64,000 nt of DNA, from contig CAJNYD010000012.1 in NCBI GenBank assembly GCA_905331295.1, forward strand, positions 496,001-560,000, given 5' to 3'. This document shows, piece after piece, positions 54,346-64,000 of this stretch (its first letter is position 1; each line of letters opens with the position of its first letter). The translations under genes were made by a program, and so were the position numbers. The notes under the pieces are model-generated. The model made no database searches and had not been told where the DNA came from. It saw only the letters and a program-made list of their open reading frames with translations. The DNA comes from Rotaria socialis. Taxonomy: Eukaryota.

Positions 54346-55844
54346 ATTTTATATATTGATAACCGAGTGTCTTCTGAATTTTATTTCTCAGTCTTTATCA
54401 GATACATCTGCTTTTTCTTTTTGTCTACTTAATTGAGTTTCCCGCTATTTATTCTGAATATTCTCGTTTATAATGATCGATTAATATGTCTATATCCTAA
54501 TTAGTATGATGCACACACTAAATATCGATTTTTGTCTATGTACGCATCATATATTTCTGCTATGTTCTTTTGCTTCACCGTGAATATTTTCTTTGGTCGA
54601 TATCAGTAAAACATGAAACAGATTGTTTCCTAATTTTTTTTAACAAAACTTTTGTGTGCTAATAATCATTGTGTGTTTTTTAATGTTAAATTGGGATAAT
54701 ATCAATATGATAAACGATGTTTGGTGCGAGCAAATCTACAGTAGAATCATTATTTAATTATGACTTGTTTTTATATAGAAATGCTTTTAGTTCTTCTCAT
54801 TCTATCTGTTTTAACATTACTAAAAAGGTGCTTGAATGGGAATTTTTATATAAATCACAAAATAATTCAAAGATTAATATGCTATTTTTATTTTTGTAAA
54901 ATGATCAGTTTTGAAAAATAATTAATATTATTCTATACTACGATGTGGAAGGCATTGGTAAATATGTCGATTGAATGATGTGTTTTCCTTGTAAATATCT
55001 ATGAAATCATTCAAATAATAATCCATATCATATGAATAGTCGGATTCCATAAGAATATATTTGATGAAACGTTAATTACCATTTAACAATGAAAAAATAT
55101 CGAAAACATTATGCTCAGAGTAATATCATCAGTTCTTTATTGAAAATTGAATTATATTGACATAAAATTGAATCAGTGATATTAATTTAAGATGTTTTAC
55201 GCTAATGAACAATCACATTCGTTACTCGCGGTATGAATTAATATACGATAAGATCTCGATCAAAATTTGACATAAAACAAACGACACTCAATTCCGATTT
55301 CGAGTTACTATCTAATTTGCTATGATTCAAAGTCAACTTAACATAAATTACGATGTGCTTGGCAAAAATCGAAATGCTGATATTATTTGTTGGCACTAAG
55401 TTCGTTTTTTATCTTGCATAAAACTGAGATTTATTTGTATTCAATATCACAATAAATGTTTTGGATTGTACTTATTTAAGTGAAACACAGTATAATTTAT
55501 ATATCCAAAACAGTGCTGCCACCTTTTGAAGTCCGAAAAGCAGAAAAAAAAATTATAAATAGCAGAAAATGACAAAAATTTGTTTCTGGAAAAGCAGAAA
55601 GTATATTTGCGATATAAAGCTATTTGTAAACTTTGTCCTTTCGTACTAATCAAGAACTTTCACATCAAATTTTGATGTTTATTGAATCAAGAAAAACAAT
55701 TAATTAACAAATAAGTAAGATTATTGGAAGCATTCTTTTGGATGTATAGTTCTCATTTGATTCAGTAGCTTTTAATAAACCTCTGCTGAACATATCGTTT
55801 ATCGATTTCTTCTTACTGGTTAACTCTTGATGATAATTACTGGG

Positions 55845-55903
55845 GNNNNNNNNNNNNNNNNNNNNNNNNNNNNNNNNNNNNNNNNNNNNNNNNNNNNNNN
55901 NNN
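55845..55903. other. Assembly gap (N run)
   Basis: Run of N bases. Confidence 0.99.
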
Positions 55904-56212
55904 CCCAGGTCAATGATTCCGGAGGACGGATACTGTAGGAACCGGCCGGAAAGATGCGGAAAAATCACCGTATCTGGCCGGAAAGCACTGGAACCTGGAA
56001 GCAGTATTCCAGTTGGAAGTTACCGGATTTTTTTCCTGTGGATTCCGGTCAGTTTCCTGTGTTTTCCGGTCAGTTTTCTGTGTTTTACATCTGGAAGTTG
56101 ATCGGAATCTACAGGAAGAAAATCCGGTAACTTCCAACTGGAATACTGCTTCCACTTTCCAGCGCTTTCCTGTGCTTTCCGACCGTTTCCCGCCGTACGT
56201 CCACGACCTGGG
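55904..56212. mobile_element. GC-rich MITE with CCCAGGTC...GACCTGGG termini, next to an assembly gap
   Basis: Short terminal inverted repeats, followed by TA on the right (left flank is Ns). Internal inverted repeat GGAAGCAGTATTCCAGTTGGAAGTTACCGGATTTT / AAAATCCGGTAACTTCCAACTGGAATACTGCTTCC and a short internal direct repeat. Confidence 0.8.
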
Positions 56213-57851
56213 TAAATATTGGCAATAAATTAATGTTGAATTTGCGTGACCGCTTTAACTAATGATATTCTAGAATAAGTAACTGTATTATTCTAAGTCA
56301 CTATAGTAGTTCTACTATTGATCAAAGATTAGGTTACATACATTTATTCTCATAATGTAAAATGAATTTTATTTTTATTAGAAGTAATACCATGAACATA
56401 AAAACAAGCATTACAACTCATAATGTTGACTCGATATGTTATTCAAGAAGAAAAAAATTCACCTCAAAACTCAGCAGTATAATTGAAACAATATATATCT
56501 GATATGTTTCTGTGCTAATAGAGAACTAGCTTTGAATATATCTTTAATAATCAGTATGTTTAAATATCAAAAGAAAAAATTTCATTTTTGTGCTCTTCTA
56601 TTGTAGTAACAAGTAGCCCGTCGTAACTAAACAAATGTAATTCTATTTTAATTAGTTTTTGCACGACTGGTTGATGCAAAGAAAATAAAAGGAAGAAGTG
56701 TTTTCTTTCATTTAACATTCTTTTTTAGTTTAATAATCAACAATGTTTGTTTTACAGAAGAGAAATGAACAAATCAAGTTATATTTTCCTAATTATAAAG
56801 AATTCAACATATTATTTTTGATAGACAAAAAAATCTTATGAAAACCTCGCTTTAGCCTTTTTGATTGACACCGATTAAAAAGAGAGTATTTGAAAGAACA
56901 TCCTTTTAGATTTCCCTATGGCAGGTATAAAATAACATGATATCTGTGGCTGCCTATTCACTCTGTATTTAGTTTGTTTTTGAATAGCCAAACATATGAA
57001 AATGAAAAGTATCACATTGATTCTATCAAGAATAAAACAGAACAAACAACAAAACAATTTTACTTAGAATGTATGAAATTCTATACGCTTTAGCAATAAT
57101 TTTTTGTACTGTTAAGTTGCATGCTATAAAAAAAAGCAGAACTTTTGAAGAGTACTTAGTCTTGTTGAAAATTTTTGTTGTCATTCAGTAATGCTTACTA
57201 ACTCTCTTGACTCAAATTTATGCTTCAATCCTTCGTTTTTAATATTTTTTTGTTTCTTTTTTTGTGATCTAATGTTGATAGTTTGATTTCAATATCCTTG
57301 TTGAAGTGTTCGATCTTGTCATGTTCTTATTTCTCATTATTCTTTTTCTTTTTCCATTAATTTGCAACGACTGTCTTGTAAGTCTTGTTGTCAACATTCA
57401 TGCATATATTTCAAGTGGAATATTATTTTTTCTTTTCTTTTCAATCATAATAAACTACAAAAAAAAAGATTAATTATTAATCGCAACGGAAATTGCAAAT
57501 ACCTTAGTTAATAATGCTTTTTCTCTGAAATAGCTCGGCATTCAAATCGACGATCGCCCTTGCTAATGTAGCTAATAGAATACACTTTCGTCAACTTTGT
57601 AGAAGCAATTTTTTTCTTTTCTCTTCACACTTTTACTTCACTTTGCCATTGATTTATTGTTGTCAAACATTCGAAGTTCTTTTCTCCCTTCGATCAACGA
57701 TTGCTGTTCGATTGAATAGGTCGTCAGGGAGAAGTTTTTCCGTTCTGTTATTCTCTTCTTCTATGATTATTTGAAAAGCATCATTTTTTAATTCCATAAT
57801 GTGTTCTTGCTGGCGGCTGTTGTTTGCATCAGTTTAGGTGTACAGAAGAGA

Positions 57852-58629
57852 ATGGAAGCTTGTATTCAATCATTACCTAGCACACCTTATCGTTCTGCTA
57901 GAAGCAGATCCTATCAAACAACATATCAACGACAATTTTCTTCCTTGAAAAGATCATTGACGATTGACGAAGGTGTTCCAAGTGGTCAACAATTTTTGAT
58001 TGGTTGTCCTTATCAATTAAATGATCCAGTAGGTGTATCATCATATACAGTAGATTATCCACATCAAAAGGATACTCAACCAGAATCAATTATTCGTCCA
58101 AATACGCCTCGAGCTCATCGACCTCATCCTAATCCGCAATTCACTCATTGGCCTCGTCGCCCGGTAACAGTTTCTTCGGTTGTGTCCGAAGAAACAAAAC
58201 AAGCATTGAGAAATCAATTGAATTCAACATATCAAACAGATTATATTGGTAGATAAAAAGCTTAGATTTTTCTTATAATCTAGGAGATTTCTGTTTTCAG
58301 GTTCTCCTCAAGGATTTCCTCTACCATTGGCTTACAATCGATCACGTCCATTTTGGCGTAATCGAGGCCATCATACTCTTGATAGTGAATATCGTAGTTC
58401 TTATGAGCAACCTCTTCGAACAACATCAACAGTAACAACAACACTTTTTCCTGGACGCTATAGATTTAGTTGTCGAATTCCAGCTGACGCAGTTGTTCCT
58501 CTTACATTGCCTATGTGGAGAAACAAATCTTCAAAATCAACATACAAAAGAGAAATTAGTGAAAAGGCTCCATCTCAACTTTATATGAAAGATTTCGTTG
58601 ATTCTCTCAGTGGGCCTATGGATCAATAA
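57852..58629 (+). CDS. TEX26-like putative ciliary microtubule-associated protein, two exons
   Basis: Exons 57852-58248 and 58301-58629. GCPYQLNDPVGVSSYTVDY, RPHP...W and LRNQLNSTYQTDY recall TEX26. Repeated S/T-x-Y-x-x-x-Y/F motifs (TTYQRQF, STYQTDY, SEYRSSY). Confidence 0.6.
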
Positions 58630-61600
58630 ATGAGCTTTCCTTTAAATCTTTTCATTGAAATAGTTTCATGTTCGAGAAAAATAAAATACACAATCAAAAG
58701 AAAAAGAAATCATCTTCATATTATTGTCAATTTTGATATATCGTGGATGAATTAAATTTTCGATGAAGATTTTATTTTTAGAACGAACATAAATCATAAA
58801 ATATTCAATATTATTTTAATCTTAATTAACCCGTATCAAATAACAGGCATCATTATATTTGACTTTATTCAATTTCATTCATGTGCTATTCAGCATCATA
58901 AATAGTTTTTTTCCTAAGAAATAATGAAACTGATAAGCATTTACTATTTTTAGAAACAGAAAAATGCTATCATCATGATTTCAATAGGTTTAGAAAATTA
59001 ACTGATATCCGCCAAAGAAATAACAACGTTCAATATTTTAGATGATTCAGAAATCTATAAATATAGTTTTTAAATGATATGAAAATAAAAAGACATGTAT
59101 ATCAAATGATAAAGTTTTAAAAGACAAGAACTAGACATAGTTATAATACTGCTTTTGAGACTTTCAATAGAGTTTATAATTTATGTTTGTCGAGATTATG
59201 TAAAAACAAACCCCGTTTAAGTTTTACAATCGAATCGTTGGAAAATTCTTATGTTGCAAACTTCTTTTTCTCATTCTTATGAAAATATTTATTGCACGAT
59301 AATAATAATTAGAGATCGATAAACAAACGGTGACCAATTATGAACCAAAGGGTGAATATTCAGGAGTGCTAAGATTAGAAGGTATTTTGTAACTAGCTAT
59401 CCTACTAAACTCTTAAAAAAATGCTATTTCATCGTTAAATTTTTTTCAATTTTGGATTAAATTTATGTGTTGAATTGTTTAAGTAGTATATTTCGTAATA
59501 CCATTCACTGATGTGTCTTCTCATAATCGTGTTCTATTGATAATTAATGAAGCAGAATCTTTAGTGGAAGTGTTATAATTCTTAGTTCATCTATTATTTA
59601 GCTCAGAAAATCGAAATCAATGTGTTTATTATCACTTGACCTATTATCTCGAATGTGAAAGAATGATTTCCAATATAACTAATACAAAAACTATCAATTA
59701 TACTTCATAATAGAAATTATAAATTGTCTGAAGAAACGTAACATTTAAAGTAAGTCTCAATTTCGAATATTTTAGTTAATAGAATTTTATTTTATTATAG
59801 GCAACGAGAAAGTCGATAATTAGATACCACATGTCGAATAGTGACTCTACACAGAATCAGTATCAAAGTTTGAATAGATGATAAGAGTTTTGTTTTTAAA
59901 CTGAAAACCAATGATTGATTGATCAACCTCTTCATCACATGTCGATAGTGAATTGTGTGCTGAATGAAAATACAACACTACTTTTCGTATTAGTACTAGA
60001 GTTCTGTGTATAGAAGATATGAACTTGCATATATCTCCTCTTATAAACTAACGCATTGAATTAGTTTTGTAAAGAAGAAAAAAAGTAGATGGAAATTGAA
60101 CTTTTTTAGAAGTGATTAATCCCTTTATACATATGAGAAAAGACCGTATTTTATCGAAGCAATTGTTGATGAAGAAGGAGAAAAGCGACGGCTGTCTTTC
60201 TTATATGAACTATAATACAGAACAGTATCTCGATTTCAATAAAAACGTCTGCACATTTATTCACCAACTAAAATGTAGTTTTCATAAAAACTCGCTACAC
60301 ATTAAATGTACTTAAATGCAGTTAAAAATTGTGTATTGTCATGGTCATTTCATTACGATTTAGTAATCGAAAATACTTTACTCTTATGCTAGGCAAAACG
60401 ATAATTTATCGAATCATATAACCTACAATAAAAGTTCTTCATCCACTGGTCAGATACATCTTCAACAATAATCTAAATAAAAAGAATCACACGTTATAAT
60501 CTAACAACACATATATTTTCATCTATCTCTACTTTAACGATACAGTTTTCATCCATTCAAAAGATCGCTACTACTACTTGATATTGACTTATTAGTTTAA
60601 TTTAAAATTATATGTAAAGATAGAGTAGAGTGTTCAGCAAGGATATTTCTATCAATCGATGTAGCTATATTCTAGTAATTGTATTATTTTTATTGTCCAT
60701 AAAATAAAAGAGATACGTGTTTTGTCAGGCCATAATTTTTAGGGATGATATTATTTTACAAATATTTTACGTGGACAAGTCTTTTATTTGTAGGAACTTA
60801 TTTGAACAAAGTTGAAAGCATGCACACTTTTTATTTTTGTTCATCAAATTCTTCGATCATGCGTCAACAAAGCATTAATGCAAGTAGTTCAGATATTTGT
60901 TTCTAACGATCTATTTCTAATGAATCATAAAAATGTACTAAATGTACGGTCTATTCAAACACAACTGATATCCATAAATATTCGTAGAAAACTGTATTAT
61001 TCTTATTGAGACAACAACAACAACAACTTTTCTTCATCAGGAAAAAGATTGGTATTAATAAATCTCGTGATGTTTCGAAGAGTATATTATCACATATTTT
61101 TGTCATTATTTTATCTTTCCATTTTTTTTTCATTTCTGAACATTCACAAAAATGTTTTACAAATTTCTCAGAGTGATGTATATTCATTAGATATATAAAT
61201 TCCCATACGAGTTATACGACTGTTTTCATTGAGCCTAGTATAAAACCACACCTGTGCCTATTTAAATAGCTATCAGAAATCGATTTATTATTATACTAGT
61301 TGTTAGAAAAGTATCAATTGATTGTTTTTTGTCGTAGTTACAACTCTTGTCAATAGAGACCTGTTTATAAGTGTTGAAATCAAAATATTAACACGAATCG
61401 TAGATTTCTTCAAATAAAAGATTCTAAACTGAACGAAGTGTCATTTTTTTGAATAGAACTCGACAGCTCTATATAATTACACCCGAAAACAAGACTATGG
61501 TTCTGATTTGATTGTATGTAGAGAAAGCACAACTAGAAAAAATGATGTTATATTTCGCCATCAAAACTATTATTTGCACTCGTAATCTTTAAAACATTAA

Positions 61601-62959
61601 TTTCACATATATCCTCGAATTCTACTCTTCATGGAACCATTGAACTCTATGTATGTGCACAAAAATATTACCTACACAATAGTGGCAAAACCAATGCTTC
61701 TCAACTTATCAATCATTTTACTAATTTTTAAATCACACCAATGAATTAATATATATCTTTGTTTGTTGATACTGTTGTTGTGTATTTTGATCTGATGAGT
61801 AATGCATGCTTTCATCGGCAAAAGCAAGCAAATTCTTACACGTATTTATTACATTTCATTAATACTCTTATCGTCTAGGTTCCACATTTTCTTTATTCTC
61901 TTACCGTTTTTTTACTTTTTTTCTAAAAGTATTTTTTATTATGTTTTGTTGTCTAACATCAATCGTTTGCATAAGTTTTTTTTATTGTTTGCTCACTGGC
62001 TATCAGGATAGGTAAAGCAAGTACAATCATAGTGTAATATTTCTATTGATTTATAAAATCGGACTTCTACTATTTTGCCATCATCACTCGAGTTAACTTG
62101 GATGACCAGAAAAAGATACTACGCACCAGGGATGGAAGTAGAAAAGGTCGAAACAAACGAAATATTCAGTTTTCAGTTTTTGTCTTATTCTCCACAGCAA
62201 CTAAGCTCATATTCAACCAGAATTAACGCTCATGCTTAGTTTCTGAAAAATAGTAGAGCGCCTTGATGCAAAATAAGGCAACGTTCATATAAAGAATAAT
62301 TATTAAAATAAATCGAAAATTTATTTTTGTATCCTATCCAAAAGAAGTGTTTGTATTATCCCGAAAAACTCGTGATGTGTTTTCGAGCCTATTTTTCTGG
62401 CTTCGAATCAGCTCTGAATTTTCTTATTAGGATAATTGATCATTTTTTTAAAGTATACAATCTGATTAGTTTTCAAACTCCAAAACTTTTCATCTTACAT
62501 AAAATCTCTTTTTACATGATGGCAATAATTTGTGTCTATAAGAAGATATACTATATATATTGAACAGTTATTCAAAAATATTCTCACATTGCTACCTATA
62601 TATAGTTCATATAGGAGAGAAATCAGGTAAAAATTTAATGTTAATGAATATATCGGATGAAATAATTATTTTCATGTTGTTACACCAATCAAATCAGTTT
62701 TATTCAAGTTTTTATGTTAGGGGGAGTAAGTTTATCAATTTTCACAGCAGTATGATTATAGGATTGATTTTTAATTGAAAATTCTGACGAGATTTGATAA
62801 GAATAATCATGTATACTTACAGAAACTTTATTTTAGATTTCCGACGCTCTACTTTCGTCATGTATTCATAATTATTGTTTTGGTTTTGTTCTGTTCTGTT
62901 GTGAATCATGTGTGTATGTTTGCACAAAGTGAAATTTGCAACGGGTTAACAGCATAAAC

Positions 62960-64000
62960 ATGCACACTTGTTATGATAATTTCCATGCTGGAATGTTTTT
63001 TGAATATTCTCGCGAGAAACAAGAAGAACTTATACATCGAGCTACTCGTCAAGGTCATGCATTTTCGCTTGAAACTTATCTAAATTATTACACTGCGGAA
63101 AATATAAACCAACAATATGTATATGGACGATCGAAATGGACTTTATTAATTGCTGCATGTTTTTATAGACATGAAAATATTGTACGTATGTTAATGCATC
63201 GTTTTAAACCCGATGTTGATGCAGTAGGTAATATCAAACTTGATTTTGTACATGATATAATGTACAGTGTGTCTCCATTATGGGTGGCCGTAGCTGTTGG
63301 TCATTTTGGAATTGTAAAATTATTAGTTGAAGAAGGTAATGCAAATGTAAATCATTTATCTATAACACGTAGTTCACCACTTCGTGCTGCTTCATATATC
63401 GGACGACTTGATATTGCTCGTTACTTAATTATGCATGGTGCTGATATGAAACTTGTTCGAGATGGAAACTATACGAATTTAATGTTAAGTGCTTATCGTG
63501 GACATGCACATATAGTAGAATATTTTCTTGATAAATTAGGATGTGATCCAAATGAATTTGATCGAGATGGCCGAACAGCATTACACTATGGTATGGATGG
63601 TGATTCAATCGAGGTTGTTCGACTACTATTAAAATATGGAACGAAAAATATTTCTCACAATACAATAAGTCCACTAATGTTAGCTGCGCTAGAAGCAAGA
63701 GAAAATTTAGTTGATGCTTTTGAAAATTATCGTTGTTCAGATATGGAATGGATTGAAGCAAGAGAAATACTTGGGGCAACCTATGCAAATATTGAATCGA
63801 AAAATTATAATATTGATAAAGCTATAGAACACATAACAATAGCATATAAATGGAGAATGGAAAAGAACCTTCCAAAAGCATCTCCATCTATTTTACCTAT
63901 TGAAGCATTTAACTATCCTCAAGAATGTCAAACATTAGAAGAATTTAATCATATTTTATCTGAATCGAATACTCGACTACATATTGAATCTTTATTGATA
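62960..64000 (+). CDS. fem-1: FEM-1 family ankyrin-repeat protein, truncated at the window end
   Basis: Open frame from ATG 62960 to the end of the window. TLLIAACFYRHENIVRML, SPLWVAVAVGHFGIVKLLV, SSPLRAASYIGRLDIARYLI, TNLMLSAYRGH, RTALHY, IEAREILGATYAN. Confidence 0.88.
   Translation, partial: MHTCYDNFHAGMFFEYSREKQEELIHRATRQGHAFSLETYLNYYTAENINQQYVYGRSKWTLLIAACFYRHENIVRMLMHRFKPDVDAVGNIKLDFVHDIMYSVSPLWVAVAVGHFGIVKLLVEEGNANVNHLSITRSSPLRAASYIGRLDIARYLIMHGADMKLVRDGNYTNLMLSAYRGHAHIVEYFLDKLGCDPNEFDRDGRTALHYGMDGDSIEVVRLLLKYGTKNISHNTISPLMLAALEARENLVDAFENYRCSDMEWIEAREILGATYANIESKNYNIDKAIEHITIAYKWRMEKNLPKASPSILPIEAFNYPQECQTLEEFNHILSESNTRLHIESLLI

Noticed and set aside
55910..56228. Overlapping ORFs sharing NPVTSNWNTAS
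   Set aside because: Translations of the MITE's internal inverted repeat.
63429..63788. 119-aa minus-strand ORF
   Set aside because: Antisense shadow of the fem-1 CDS.

Overview
AT-rich, gene-dense eukaryotic DNA with many short (~45-70 nt) spliceosomal introns. Intron size, the PAN/NHL and FEM-1 genes and the MITE types suggest a bdelloid rotifer (inference). Genes spliced by hand, in order: 3' part of a PAM/PAL amidating enzyme; a PAN+NHL pseudogene with two in-frame stops; an orphan gene; a glutaredoxin-fold gene lacking CxxC; LRRC71; RNF10; a JmjN/JmjC+2xRRM gene with its metal ligands replaced; a small Mps1/TTK-like kinase; a Cys/His-repeat orphan; UBASH3/STS; a Myb/SANT (trihelix-like) unit inside a UBASH3 intron; a group I PAK; a TEX26-like gene; and the 5' part of a fem-1 gene. 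There are three clear MITEs and a ~11 kb gene-poor stretch. Main highlights: (1) the nested Myb/SANT unit can splice in frame into the UBASH3 phosphatase exons, predicting a DNA-binding/histidine-phosphatase chimera; (2) an apparently inactive JmjC domain fused to RRMs; (3) two operon-like gene pairs ~100-125 bp apart with a splice acceptor just before the downstream ATG; (4) a possible non-AUG N-terminal extension of RNF10. Family calls come from recognised motifs, not from database searches.
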